DNA of 64,000 nucleotides. Origin: Thermoproteota archaeon. GTDB taxonomy: Archaea; Korarchaeota; Korarchaeia; B14-G2. The position numbers and the translations under genes were made by a program. Of the stretch, positions 37,184-46,886 are shown piece by piece. The stretch spans positions 20,489 to 84,488 of the forward strand of contig JAVCBW010000034.1 in NCBI GenBank assembly GCA_037917675.1. The letters run 5' to 3'. The notes beneath the pieces are model-generated. The model was given only the letters and a program-made list of their open reading frames with translations, searched no databases and was not told the origin of the DNA. How positions within the stretch are numbered: position 1 is the stretch's first letter; every line of letters starts with the position of its first letter.

Positions 37184-39319
37184 GTGCTCATGAGGATGCT
37201 GAAGCTTAGGGTCGCTGAAGCTAGGCCTGAAGACGTCTATAGGAAGCTTGCCAGGCTAAGCCACAAGTCTATGGTTGAGCTCAATGCTGCCAACGGCGAC
37301 TTCATCGAGCTATCCTCACCTAGGGGCGCTGTAGTATGCCAGGCTTGGCATGACCCTGAGGATGAGAGCTCTGACCTAATCAGAGTCGATGGGCATGTGA
37401 GGCAGCAGGCTGGAGTCCGCTTAGGAGAGCATATATCAGTCAGGAAGGTAGATGTCCCTCCTGCCTCAAGGGTCGTGCTAGCTCCAGTCGATCAGGTTGG
37501 CTTCGACCTTGAGCTGGTAAGCTACCTTAAGAAGCAGCTCCTAGGCAGGCCTCTCTCACGTGGCGAGCTCATAGTCATACCTGTATTAGCAGCTGAGCTC
37601 AGGTTCCTCGTTGTCTCAGCACACCCATCTCACACTGTCTACGTAGCAAGCGAGACGAGGCTAGTGATCCGTGGAGCTCCAGCTGAAGCTGTGAGAGGCA
37701 TCCCAAGGGTCACATGGGAGGACATAGGTGGCTTGGAGGAGGCTAAGGCGAAGATAAGGGAGGTCGTTGAGCTACCCATAAGGTACCCTGAGCTCTTCAG
37801 ACACCTTGGTATAGAGCCTCCTAAGGGTGTGCTCCTCTATGGGCCACCTGGCACAGGGAAGACCCTGCTAGCTAAGGCTCTAGCGAACGAGGTTGGAGCA
37901 TACTTCATATCCATCAATGGCCCAGAGATCATGAGCAAGTTCTATGGTGAGTCTGAGGCCAGGCTCAGGGAGATATTTAGGGAAGCAGAGGAGAACGCGC
38001 CCTCAATAGTCTTCATAGACGAGATAGACGCCATAGCTCCTAGAAGAGAGGATGTCACAGGTGAGCTTGAGAAGAGAGTTGTAGCTCAGCTTCTAGCTCT
38101 CATGGATGGCTTGAAGGAGAGAGGGAGAGTCATTGTGATAGCTGCTACAAACAGGGTCAGTGGAGTAGACCCTGCACTAAGGAGGCCAGGTAGGTTCGAT
38201 AGAGAGATAGAGACCCACCTACCAGATAGGAGGGAGAGGCTTGAGATACTCAAGATACACACCAGGAGCATGCCTCTAGCCCCATCTGTCAGGCTGGATG
38301 AGATAGCTGAGGCTACACACGGCTACACTGGAGCAGACCTAGCTGCGCTAGCTAGAGAGGCTGCCATGAACGCTCTAAGGAGGGTTCTCCCAGGAACTGA
38401 CCTCAGCTCCCTCAAGGTCACAAGAGAGCTTCTCAGCAAGCTCAAGGTTGAGATGCAGGACTTCCTTGAGGCAATGAAGCACATCCAGCCAACCCTGCTG
38501 AGAGAGGTCTATGTTGAGGTGCCTGAAGTCCACTGGAGCGACATAGGCGGGCTAAGGTCTGTCAAGCAGGTCTTAAAAGAGTCTGTTGAAGCCCCACTAA
38601 GGTACCCTGAGGTCTTCAAGGAGATGGGTATAGAGCCTCCCAGGGGAATACTCCTCTATGGGCCACCTGGCTGCGGGAAGACCCTGCTAGCTAAGGCTGT
38701 GGCAACAGAGAGTAGGGCAAACTTCATATGCATTAGGGGCCCAGAGCTGCTGAGCAAGTGGGTAGGTGAGTCTGAGAAGGCTGTGAGAGAGGTCTTCAGG
38801 AGGGCAAGGCAGGTAGCGCCATGTGTCGTGTTCTTCGATGAGATAGATGCCATAGCTCCAGCTAGGGGGAGCTCAGACTCATCTGGCGTCACAGACAGGG
38901 TTGTCAACCAGCTTCTCACAGAGATGGATGGCATAGTCCCACTGCAGAACGTCATAGTCTTGGCAGCAACCAACAAGCCTGAGGTGCTTGACCAGGCTCT
39001 CCTCAGGCCAGGGAGGCTTGAGAAGATCCTCTATGTGCCTCCACCAGACATAGAGGCTAGAATAGAGATATTCCAGATACACACCCGGAGGATGCCTCTA
39101 GCTGAGGACATAGACTTCAAAAAGCTAGCAGAGATGACCGAGGGATACACAGGTGCAGACATAGCTGCAGTGTGTAGAGAGGCTGCGATGATAGCTATAA
39201 GAGGAGAATACAAGCTTAAACCTGTGGAGATGGAGCATTTCACCCAGGCGATAAGGGTGGTTCCTCCATCTCTCAGCAGCAAGCCATGGCTCCAGCAGCA
39301 AGCATGCAGCCAGCTCTAA
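37184..39319 (+). CDS. cdc48: CDC48/VCP-type AAA+ ATPase (two AAA domains)
   Basis: 711 aa; N-domain LKLRVAEA; Walker [14 protein letters not shown] and [13 protein letters not shown]; two DEID Walker B boxes. Confidence 0.9.
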   Translation: MLMRMLKLRVAEARPEDVYRKLARLSHKSMVELNAANGDFIELSSPRGAVVCQAWHDPEDESSDLIRVDGHVRQQAGVRLGEHISVRKVDVPPASRVVLAPVDQVGFDLELVSYLKKQLLGRPLSRGELIVIPVLAAELRFLVVSAHPSHTVYVASETRLVIRGAPAEAVRGIPRVTWEDIGGLEEAKAKIREVVELPIRYPELFRHLGIEPPKGVLLYGPPGTGKTLLAKALANEVGAYFISINGPEIMSKFYGESEARLREIFREAEENAPSIVFIDEIDAIAPRREDVTGELEKRVVAQLLALMDGLKERGRVIVIAATNRVSGVDPALRRPGRFDREIETHLPDRRERLEILKIHTRSMPLAPSVRLDEIAEATHGYTGADLAALAREAAMNALRRVLPGTDLSSLKVTRELLSKLKVEMQDFLEAMKHIQPTLLREVYVEVPEVHWSDIGGLRSVKQVLKESVEAPLRYPEVFKEMGIEPPRGILLYGPPGCGKTLLAKAVATESRANFICIRGPELLSKWVGESEKAVREVFRRARQVAPCVVFFDEIDAIAPARGSSDSSGVTDRVVNQLLTEMDGIVPLQNVIVLAATNKPEVLDQALLRPGRLEKILYVPPPDIEARIEIFQIHTRRMPLAEDIDFKKLAEMTEGYTGADIAAVCREAAMIAIRGEYKLKPVEMEHFTQAIRVVPPSLSSKPWLQQQACSQL

Positions 39320-39530
39320 AGCCGGTCGCGTAGCTGATGCTGGGTGTGCTGCTGAGGCATCTAGCACCAACTGGGCTAACTCGAGGAAAAATTTAATTTA
39401 AGTCCTGCTGCCCCTGCATGATGGTGTCCTCCTTTGAAGCATACCCTCCTAGCTTTGCTGCATGCCACTCTCCTAGAGGGCTCTACTGCCATAGCTACCC
39501 TGCTCCTCAGGAAGGCTAGAGGATGACACC

Positions 39531-40166
39531 ATGATACCTACTATCCTCAAGCTAACTGTAGCATCAGAGGCTATAGCCTCTCTGCTCAGCTTTCTGATAG
39601 GGTACTATGCTCTCAGAGCATATAAGGTCACTGAGCTGAAGGGGATGCTCTACCTGAATGTAGGCTTCACCCTGCTTGGAGCTGGCATGCTATTCAGAGC
39701 TCTGTCAAGCATATACATCCTGACCCTCGCATCGAGGGGTGCTGCTGCAGCTGCCAGAGCTGCAATCAGAGTTACGTCAATAGCCTACATGGCTGTCAAG
39801 CTGGCAGCATATGCTATGCTCGCAACCATGTATAGCAGGCAGCCTAAAGCCTCTAGCGTCTCCATGTCAGCTCTCATCTTCCAGCCTAGAAGGCAGGTAG
39901 CTGCCCTAGTCTACAACATCTATCTTGAGCTAGCTGCCATACCAGTGCTCACATATATCTCAGCTCAATCTCTGATGAACTTCCTCTACTCTAGAAGCAG
40001 GGAGAGCCTACTGGTCACCATTGGGTTCACGCTGCTGCTAGCAAGCCACGTGCTTGCCCTGCTCATCCCTCTAGCAGCAGCATTCTATATGCTATCAGTT
40101 CTAGCTCAGCTCTCAGCTCTAGTCTCCATGCTAGCTATGCTCCTGGCGGTGAGATCCAGTGGCTAA
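39531..40166 (+). CDS. Polytopic membrane protein, unknown function
   Basis: 211 aa, about 6 hydrophobic spans; overlaps the next gene by 8 nt. Confidence 0.45.
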   Translation: MIPTILKLTVASEAIASLLSFLIGYYALRAYKVTELKGMLYLNVGFTLLGAGMLFRALSSIYILTLASRGAAAAARAAIRVTSIAYMAVKLAAYAMLATMYSRQPKASSVSMSALIFQPRRQVAALVYNIYLELAAIPVLTYISAQSLMNFLYSRSRESLLVTIGFTLLLASHVLALLIPLAAAFYMLSVLAQLSALVSMLAMLLAVRSSG

Positions 40167-40434
40167 GAAGTACAGGTCTAGGATGCAGATATATGCTGAC
40201 ATACTAGCTGAACTAGAGCATGGGGAAGCTTCAATAACTCAGCTACTCTATAGAGCAAACCTATCTCATGCAAGGCTAGTCAAGTACCTCAATAGCCTAG
40301 TGGACTCAGGGCTAGTGAGGAAGCTGGAGTCAGAGGGTGCTGTCAGATATGTGCTCACATCCAAGGGGCTAAAGTTCCTACAGGAGTATAGGAGGTTCAT
40401 CAAGTTTGCTAAGGCCTTTGGGATCGAAGTTTAG
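40159..40434 (+). CDS. Small winged-helix DNA-binding protein
   Basis: 91 aa; RSRMQIYADILAEL...ITQLLYRANLSHARLVKYLNSLVDSGLV pattern of archaeal wHTH proteins. Confidence 0.6.
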   Translation: MAKKYRSRMQIYADILAELEHGEASITQLLYRANLSHARLVKYLNSLVDSGLVRKLESEGAVRYVLTSKGLKFLQEYRRFIKFAKAFGIEV

Positions 40435-40576
40435 CCTGAGAGGCTGCTGCCTCTAGGTCTATAGCATGCCTAGCTCCGCCTTCCTGCTCTCCTTGGTGAG
40501 GCGGCTACGCTAGCAGGAGCCTAGCAGCATCCTCCACTGGTCTAGAGGCTGCTTCTACAGCTTGATCTGGGAGATC

Positions 40577-41380
40577 CTAGACGCCAACCCTGATAGCTCC
40601 CTCTCCCTTAGCTATACTGAAGCTCACCCACTTAGTGAGGTGTCTGACGCCACTCATCCTCCTCACTCTAACCTGCTTAGATAAGATCCCCATCTTCATG
40701 GCATTTGGGTCGAATCTCAAGTCTATTATGCCATCTGTGAAGCACTCCATTATGCTCCTGTAGTTGTCGAATACTCCGAAGTGCATCGTGTAGAAGACTG
40801 GGACTATCAGCCCCTTACAGAGGTCTGCTCTCAGCTCCTTCATGGACTCAAGCAGGACAGCAGGGTCTACTCTCGTTAGGAACTCTGTGATGGAGTCTAA
40901 GACGACGGCTCCCCTCTCAGCCATCCCCCTGCTTTCAGCTTCAGCTATGACAGCTCTCCAGACATCCTCTGGCCTCCCCGGCTTGCTCAGGTAGACTGTG
41001 TTACCTGATATAGCTTCCCTGAGCCTGCTTACTGAGGGGCTGAGCTTCACCTCTCTTAGCCTCTCCTCTATCCTATAGGAGAAGCAGTCTAGGAGTACAA
41101 GCCCTCCCTCCAGAGACCTAGCTAGGTCAAAGCCTAGTGCAAGGATCCTCTGGGCAGCTGAGAGCGCTGTGTCTTCCATGCAGACCATGATAGCTGGCTC
41201 ACCTCGCTGTGTGAACCTGTAAGCGATCTCTGTCACGATCGCACTCTTCCCTGTACCCGGCTCCCCCTCAACTGATATCAGGGAGCTTCTCAAGACCCCC
41301 TCTGGGAGGAGCTCATCTAGCACAGAGACTCCAAGCTTGACAGCTTGCATGCTACCTCTTCCTGACCATCTTGCTTCCAC
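40577..41380 (-). CDS. KaiC/RecA-superfamily single-domain ATPase
   Basis: 267 aa; Walker A GEPGTGKS; Walker B-like VVLDS. Confidence 0.7.
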   Translation of the reverse strand: MEARWSGRGSMQAVKLGVSVLDELLPEGVLRSSLISVEGEPGTGKSAIVTEIAYRFTQRGEPAIMVCMEDTALSAAQRILALGFDLARSLEGGLVLLDCFSYRIEERLREVKLSPSVSRLREAISGNTVYLSKPGRPEDVWRAVIAEAESRGMAERGAVVLDSITEFLTRVDPAVLLESMKELRADLCKGLIVPVFYTMHFGVFDNYRSIMECFTDGIIDLRFDPNAMKMGILSKQVRVRRMSGVRHLTKWVSFSIAKGEGAIRVGV

Positions 41381-41536
41381 ACCTAGGGCAGCTCACTGTA
41401 TAGCATGGAACCCCACGCTCATGTGGAACCGTATACCCACAGCTTGGGCAGATACACTCTCCACCAGGCCCAAGCCCATAGCCTCCCATCCTGCCTCTAC
41501 GCCTACCCCACCCAGCCAAGCTGCCACCTGAAGCTG

Positions 41537-41866
41537 CTAGGCATACATCAGGAGCTCAACAGCCTCCCTTTTACCCTTCCTCTCTCTAGCCCAGTCTCTG
41601 ACGAGCCAGTCGATGAGCTCCTCAAGCCACCTCCTACAGTCGTCCTCCTCAAGGCACTCCCTAAGCTTGCTCTCGAGCTCACTGCATAGCTCAGGGTCAT
41701 CTGGGTCGCTGACATAGCCTACAGGCGTCATATGGCGGCCAAGCTCCCTGACAAGATAGTAGTCAAGCTCCTCTCTCTCCTGATCACTCAACTCCCCGAT
41801 GGCTCTCTCAATGGCCATGTCAATGATACCCTTAATCAATCTGAGTGCATGTCTACTCAATCTCAC
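41537..41866 (-). CDS. Acidic hypothetical protein (109 aa)
   Basis: ORF with host-like codon usage and a TATA-like box at about 41890-41905; no family recognised. Confidence 0.35.
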   Translation of the reverse strand: MRLSRHALRLIKGIIDMAIERAIGELSDQEREELDYYLVRELGRHMTPVGYVSDPDDPELCSELESKLRECLEEDDCRRWLEELIDWLVRDWARERKGKREAVELLMYA

Positions 41867-41961
41867 ACCTAGCTTCTAGCTGCCATAGGATATCTTAAAT
41901 CTTGCCTACGTGGAGGCCATAGCTCAGAGCAGGTTACAGGCATCCGTGTATGCCACCAAAG

Positions 41962-41969
41962 CTTTAAAT
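41962..41969 (+). promoter_or_regulatory. TATA-like box (CTTTAAAT) of the suf operon
   Basis: Centre lies about 35 nt upstream of ATG 42001. Confidence 0.45.
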
Positions 41970-42000
41970 CTCATGACTGAAGCCTCCTAGTGGTGTCTAG

Positions 42001-42726
42001 ATGGCTGTACTTGAGGTCTCAGAGCTTACAGTCGAGGTCGGTGGCCGCACTGTAGTAGAGGACGTGAGCTTCAGGGTTAGAGGCGGAGAACTCCATGTCC
42101 TGCTAGGCCCAAATGGGAGTGGTAAGACTTCCATAATAAACGCCATAATAGGGATCCCAGGCTACAGGGTTGTTAAGGGATCTATTAAGCTGGATGGGGT
42201 AGACGTAGCCAGAATGCCTATAGATGAGAGAGCTAAGCTAGGTATCGGAGTCATGTTCCAGAGGCCACCTAGCATAAGAGGAGTGAAGCTAGGTGAGCTA
42301 GCTGCCAGAGTGGCTCAGATACATGGCAGCAGCCCTCCTAGCATAGACCTGAACATATCTAGCTTGCTAGGTAGAGAGCTCAACATAGGCTTCAGTGGAG
42401 GAGAGGTGAAGAGAAGCGAGCTCTACCTGCTGCTCTCTCAGAGGCCTAAGATAGCGCTGCTAGATGAGCCTGACAGCGGAGTAGACGTGGAGAACCTTGC
42501 TCTCATAGGTAAGGCTATAAATAGCCTCCTGGAAGCTGGAGCTGGAGTCCTCGTGGTAACACACCTAGGCTACATAATGAGGCACATCACAACGAAGACG
42601 AAGGCCTATGTCCTAATAGATGGCAGGATAACATGCACAGGAGACCCAGACAAGATCCTAAGCGACATCTTGAAGAAGGGATTCGACTGGTGCCGTGAGT
42701 GTGAGGCTCCACTAGAGAACTGCTGA
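42001..42726 (+). CDS. sufC: Fe-S cluster assembly ATPase SufC
   Basis: 241 aa; Walker A GPNGSGKTS, ABC signature FSGGEVKR, Walker B LLDEPDSG. Confidence 0.9.
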   Translation: MAVLEVSELTVEVGGRTVVEDVSFRVRGGELHVLLGPNGSGKTSIINAIIGIPGYRVVKGSIKLDGVDVARMPIDERAKLGIGVMFQRPPSIRGVKLGELAARVAQIHGSSPPSIDLNISSLLGRELNIGFSGGEVKRSELYLLLSQRPKIALLDEPDSGVDVENLALIGKAINSLLEAGAGVLVVTHLGYIMRHITTKTKAYVLIDGRITCTGDPDKILSDILKKGFDWCRECEAPLENC

Positions 42727-42735
42727 GGCGAAACC

Positions 42736-43935
42736 TTGATAGCTGAGAGAGCGAGGAAGGCCTTAGATAAGCCCTCTAAGTATGGCCCTGACATAGACCT
42801 AAAGTCACTTGAGATACCAAAGGGAGCCATAGACATCCGGTCAAGAGAGGAGGTGGCAGAAGAGTACTCAAGGGAAGCAGAGAAGGTTGGAGTAGACCTG
42901 AGACGGAGAGGAGGATACGTCCAGGTAGATGAGAGGGTGGTCTTCAAGCTCACAAGAGACTGGATGAAGAAGCATGGTGTGCTCCTCATGAGCATGAGGG
43001 AAGCCATAGAGGAGCTCAGCTGGGCTAAAGACTACTACTGGAAGGCTGTTCCAGTAGACGCTGACAAGTATACTGCTACAGTAGAGCTCGCGGAGGCACA
43101 GGGCTACTTCATCTACGTCCCTCCAGGTATCAGAGTAAAGGCCCCAGTGCAGACTTGCCTCCTCCTATATAGGAGTGGCATAGCTCAGCCAGTACATAAC
43201 ATAGTAGTTGTGGAGGAGGGTAGTGAGCTCCACCTGCTGACAGGCTGTGCGTCAGCAGCACATGAGGGGGCGCATCTCAGCGTCTCAGAGTTCTATGTCA
43301 AGAGGAATGCGAAGCTGACCTTCACCATGATACACAGCTGGTCAACAGGCTTAGATGTGAGGCCTAGGACAGGAGTGGTCATAGAGGAGGGTGGAGAGTA
43401 CATAAGCACCTACCTGACACTAGCTCCAGTACGCTCACTTCAGTCCTATCCTATAGCATATCTGAAAGCTGATGCCAAGTGTAGGATGAACACGATCATA
43501 GTGGCCAAGGAGAGGTCGATCATGGACCTAGGAGGGAAGCTCGTCTTTAGAGGAGAGGGAGCAGGAGGAGAGGTTGTGTCTAGGGCTGTAGCGAGAGACG
43601 AGGCCAAAGTATATGCTAGAGGAGCTCTAGTAGGGGAGAAGCCTGGTGTGAGAGGGCATCTGGAGTGCAGTGGCCTGATACTCTCCACAAAAGCTAGGAT
43701 ACTAGCTGCCCCAGAGCTAGATGGGAGGGTGGCTGGAGTAGAGCTCACTCACGAGGCTGCAGTAGGGAAGATAGCAGAGGAGCAGATCACATACCTCATG
43801 GCGAGAGGCTTCACAAGAGAAGAAGCGACATCAATCATAGTGAGAGGGTTCATGGAGGTCAACCTAGAGGGTATACCTCCTGAGCTTGCTACTGAAGTCA
43901 AGAAGGTCCTAGATGCTACAGCCAGAGGCCTCTAG
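42736..43935 (+). CDS. sufB: Fe-S cluster assembly scaffold, SufB/SufD family
   Basis: 399 aa; C-terminal THEAAVGKIAEEQITYLMARGFTREEA motif typical of SufB/D; TTG start. Confidence 0.8.
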   Translation: MIAERARKALDKPSKYGPDIDLKSLEIPKGAIDIRSREEVAEEYSREAEKVGVDLRRRGGYVQVDERVVFKLTRDWMKKHGVLLMSMREAIEELSWAKDYYWKAVPVDADKYTATVELAEAQGYFIYVPPGIRVKAPVQTCLLLYRSGIAQPVHNIVVVEEGSELHLLTGCASAAHEGAHLSVSEFYVKRNAKLTFTMIHSWSTGLDVRPRTGVVIEEGGEYISTYLTLAPVRSLQSYPIAYLKADAKCRMNTIIVAKERSIMDLGGKLVFRGEGAGGEVVSRAVARDEAKVYARGALVGEKPGVRGHLECSGLILSTKARILAAPELDGRVAGVELTHEAAVGKIAEEQITYLMARGFTREEATSIIVRGFMEVNLEGIPPELATEVKKVLDATARGL

Positions 43936-43939
43936 CAAC

Positions 43940-43947
43940 GTTTAAAG
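43940..43947 (+). promoter_or_regulatory. TATA-like box (GTTTAAAG)
   Basis: Centre lies about 33 nt upstream of the TTG start at 43977. Confidence 0.4.
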
Positions 43948-43976
43948 CCAGGCCAACAGGACCAGAGAGGGGCTCC

Positions 43977-44669
43977 TTGAAAGCTCTGATCCTAGCTGGA
44001 GGCTTCGGGAAGAGGCTTAGGCCTCTGACAGAGAAGCTACCTAAGCCTCTGCTCCCAGTTGCAGGTAAGCCTATACTAGAGTACCAGCTTGAGTGGCTGA
44101 GTAGGAATGGTGTGAGAGATGTAGTCCTATGCGTAGGCTATCTGAGAGAGAAGATAGAGCAGAGGCTAGGTGGAAGGTGGAGAGATATCAGGATAGAGTA
44201 CTCTGTCGAAGAGGAGCCTCTAGGCACAGGTGGAGCCCTGAAGGCAGCTAGAGAGCATGTAGCTGGCACAGAGCTGTTCATAGCCCTAAACGGGGATGTG
44301 ATCACAGACCTAGACCTCACTCCACTAGCCTCTGAGGCTAAAGATGTGCTAGGAGCCATAGCAGTAGTCCAGCTCAGGTCGCCATATGGCATAGTAGCCA
44401 TAGGCGAAGGCTCCAGGATCCTGAGGTTCATAGAGAAGCCCATCCTGAGAGAATACTGGATAAACGCTGGAGTCTACTGCCTCAAGCCTGAGGTGCTAGA
44501 CTACATGCCTGAGAGAGGAGACCTTGAGAAGACAGCCTTCCCAAGGCTAGCTGAGGAGGGCAAGCTTAAGGCAGTAAGGTACACTGGAGTATACTGGAGG
44601 AGCATAGACACATACAAGGACTTAGAGGAGGCTAGCAGAGACATAAGCGAGGGAAGGTACTCTCCCTAA
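43977..44669 (+). CDS. Sugar-1-phosphate nucleotidylyltransferase
   Basis: 230 aa; LILAGGFGKRLRPLT N-terminal signature. Confidence 0.8.
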   Translation: MKALILAGGFGKRLRPLTEKLPKPLLPVAGKPILEYQLEWLSRNGVRDVVLCVGYLREKIEQRLGGRWRDIRIEYSVEEEPLGTGGALKAAREHVAGTELFIALNGDVITDLDLTPLASEAKDVLGAIAVVQLRSPYGIVAIGEGSRILRFIEKPILREYWINAGVYCLKPEVLDYMPERGDLEKTAFPRLAEEGKLKAVRYTGVYWRSIDTYKDLEEASRDISEGRYSP

Positions 44670-45378
44670 ACCCTCGCCACAAGCCCAACACCACAATCAA
44701 TCAGCTTTCCTCTAAACCGCTCCCTAAACACGCCAGCAGCCCTCTCCCCACTGCAGTGGCATAGAGCTGCCCTCTCAACTCCTAGCTCAATAAGCCTCCC
44801 TGCTATATCCTCAAGCCTGCCTCTGTCAGCTCCAATCAGGTGGAAGCCTCCTACGAGAAGAGGTATTCTCCTAGATCCAGCAGCCTTCTCAGCTGCCTCA
44901 TCAAGCTCAACCACACCAGGGTGAGCACAGCCAGTCACAACAGCTATCCCACTTCTCGCAGCAACCACGAGTGCATGCTCTCTCATAAACCTTCCCAGCG
45001 TACCTGTAGTGTAGACTCCATTACAGATGCAGGTAGGCTCAGCACACTCAACCACACTACAGCTGAGCTCCCTTATCCTCCTCTCCACTCCCTCAGGGAA
45101 CCCAGATGAGACATACACGCTGACACCAGGATTCAGCTCAAGCACCTTCCATAGCCCATCAACATGGTCACCATGCTCATGTGATATCATAGTGGCATCA
45201 ACTCTGAGGTTAGCTCCAAGAGCTCTAGCATTATAGAGCAATATCTCTGAGCTGCCACCTGCATCAAACAGACCCTCACCCTATCTGCATCCACTAGACA
45301 GGAGAAGCCCCATGCTCCCCTAGCTCCACTTGCAAGCACCCTGCTATCATAGATCACAGTGAACTCAGCATGCTCCAC
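44666..45378 (-). pseudogene. MBL-fold metallo-hydrolase with reading frame broken by an apparent 1-nt deletion
   Basis: N-terminal ORF 45378-45187 (...LVDADRVRV) continues in another frame as LFDAGGSSEILLYNARALG...HEHGDHVDG (ORF 45241-44666); break near 45270-45272. Confidence 0.6.
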
Positions 45379-45598
45379 AGCTTCAACATCCCATGCTCTA
45401 GGAGCCTCAGCTGCCTCAGCTCCCCCTCTAAGCTTTATGGCGTGAGGAGAGCTAGCCCAGCTGCTGCGTTGAGCGGTGCCATGGAGCTATCCTCTGCAAA
45501 GCCTCCTAGCATCTGTGCCCTATCCATAGCGTGTGGTTTTCAACTGCAAGGTTGCTGCTCCATAGCTCACATGTGGTATGCTGTTTCCGAACACAATC

Positions 45599-45606
45599 TT
45601 TAAAAT
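45599..45606 (+). promoter_or_regulatory. TATA-like box (TTTAAAAT)
   Basis: Centre lies about 35 nt upstream of ATG 45638. Confidence 0.45.
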
Positions 45607-45637
45607 CTAGTGTGCAATAGCACAGAATGGTGAGAGC

Positions 45638-46112
45638 ATGGGTTGGGGTAGAGGATGGCGAGGCTGGGGCTGGTGGGGCCCCTGGCCAGGTAGAGGCCCA
45701 TTCAGCTTCCTACCACCCTGGATGAGGCCAGGATGGGTCTTTGGGAGAGGAGCATGCTGGTGGCTCTTCAGTCCATGGCTATGGACATGGTATACCCCAT
45801 ACATGTACTGGTACATGCCCTACTGGTATACAGGGTACATGCCCTACTGGTATACAGGGTACATGCCATGGTTTAGGTACTGGTGGTGGTAGCATGTGGT
45901 ACTGGCCATACTGGCTATGGGGCTACTGGAGCTGGTGGACACCATGGAGCTGGCTGAGCCCATGGTACACGCCTCCACTCTATGAGCCAGCTGAAGCCAT
46001 GAGGTACATACTTGAAGCAAGGAGGAGCATGCTAGAGCTCCAGAAGAGCATGATAGAATCTGAGCTAAGCCTCATAGAAGAGAGATTGAAGGAGCTGAAG
46101 CCCACTGGCTAA
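45638..46112 (+). CDS. Trp/Tyr-rich DUF5320-like protein; two abutting ORFs (45638-45892, 45894-46112) or one frame-shifted gene
   Basis: N-terminus MGWGRGWRGWGWWGPWPGRGP; 20 Trp in 84 aa, then TAG-C-ATG, then 10 Trp in 25 aa and a coiled-coil tail LELQKSMIESELSLIEERLKELK. Confidence 0.5.
45811..45867 (+). repeat. Perfect 24-nt tandem repeat (2.4 copies) encoding YMPYWYTG units
   Basis: GTACATGCCCTACTGGTATACAGG at 45811-45834 and 45835-45858; third copy matches for 9 nt. Confidence 0.9.
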
Positions 46113-46248
46113 GCACACACCACACCTCCATTTGAGCAGCCTAACCCTCATCCCATAGCTAAGAGGATAGCACTTAGCGAAGCTAGTATCCTAAGAGTGT
46201 GGAATACACTTGACAGTGCTAGAAGGAGACTGCGAATTCGCTAGGCAC

Positions 46249-46258
46249 ATATTTAAAC
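46249..46258 (+). promoter_or_regulatory. TATA-like box (ATATTTAAAC)
   Basis: Centre lies about 33 nt upstream of ATG 46287. Confidence 0.45.
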
Positions 46259-46286
46259 ATCCACCCACAAGCTTGAATGTGTCTTT

Positions 46287-46883
46287 ATGAGGAAGATAGC
46301 GGTCTCATCCCAGAGCTCAGGAGGGCTAGAAGACTACGTGTCCCCTGTGCTAGCTAGGTGCCCAGTCTTCACGATAGTTGATGTTGAGGATGATGAGATC
46401 AAGAGCGTCACAACCTTACAGAACCCTGCCATGTCAGCTCCAATGGGAGCTGGAATGCAGGCAGCTCAGATGCTAGCGAACCAGGGAGTAGAGGCTGTTA
46501 TAGCAGGGAGAGTAGGCCCAAACGCATGGGCAGCCCTAAACAGTCTAGGCATAAAGTTCGTACAGGCATCAGGAATCAAGGTGAAAGAGGCTATAGAGAA
46601 GTACATCAGAGGAGAGCTCCAGCCAGCTACATCACCAACCGGGAGAGGAATGAGAGCATGGGGCAGGCCACCAGCTCCATCAGCACCAGCGCCACCAGCA
46701 CCAGCTCCATCGATGCCACAGTTCCAGTATCCACAGCAGCCCTATCCTCCCATGTGGGCTCCTCCTCCGCTTCCACCTGAGATGGAGCTACAGATGCTGG
46801 AGAGCATGAAGAGGATGATAGAGGAGCACTTGAGGATAGTCAGTCAGAGGATAGAGCAGCTAAAGAGGCAGCTTAGCAGGTAG
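46287..46883 (+). CDS. NifX/NifB-type domain fused to a DUF5320-like Pro-rich and coiled-coil tail
   Basis: 198 aa; N-half RCPVFTIVDVEDDE...EAVIAGRVGPNA; C-half PTGRGMRAWGRPPAPSAPAPP...LQMLESMKRMIEEHLRIVSQRIEQLKRQL. Confidence 0.6.
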   Translation: MRKIAVSSQSSGGLEDYVSPVLARCPVFTIVDVEDDEIKSVTTLQNPAMSAPMGAGMQAAQMLANQGVEAVIAGRVGPNAWAALNSLGIKFVQASGIKVKEAIEKYIRGELQPATSPTGRGMRAWGRPPAPSAPAPPAPAPSMPQFQYPQQPYPPMWAPPPLPPEMELQMLESMKRMIEEHLRIVSQRIEQLKRQLSR

Positions 46884-46886
46884 CTG

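Noticed and set aside
39342-39364. CTGATGC - 11 nt - CTGA after the cdc48 stop as a C/D half-mer
   Set aside because: The C-like box lacks the terminal GA needed for the k-turn, the spacer is 11 nt rather than 12, and there is no second box pair.
45607-45816. 69-aa minus-strand Pro/His/Gln-rich ORF
   Set aside because: It is the mirror image (CCA-rich) of the TGG-periodic plus-strand gene. The promoter box, the DUF5320-like N-terminus and the coiled-coil tail all favour the plus strand.
45890-45892. TAG read-through (for example pyrrolysine) joining the two Trp-rich halves
   Set aside because: Staying in frame after TAG gives HVVLAILAMGLLELVDTMELAEPMVHASTL-stop, which loses both the Trp-rich and the coiled-coil sequence. 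The continuation is in the +1 frame, so read-through does not explain it. No Pyl machinery is seen in the window.
45741-45893. N-terminal part of the listed 123-aa ORF (MGEEHAGGSSVHGYGHG..)
   Set aside because: It is an out-of-frame reading of the Trp-rich ORF. Only the part from ATG 45894 onward has the Trp-rich and coiled-coil character.
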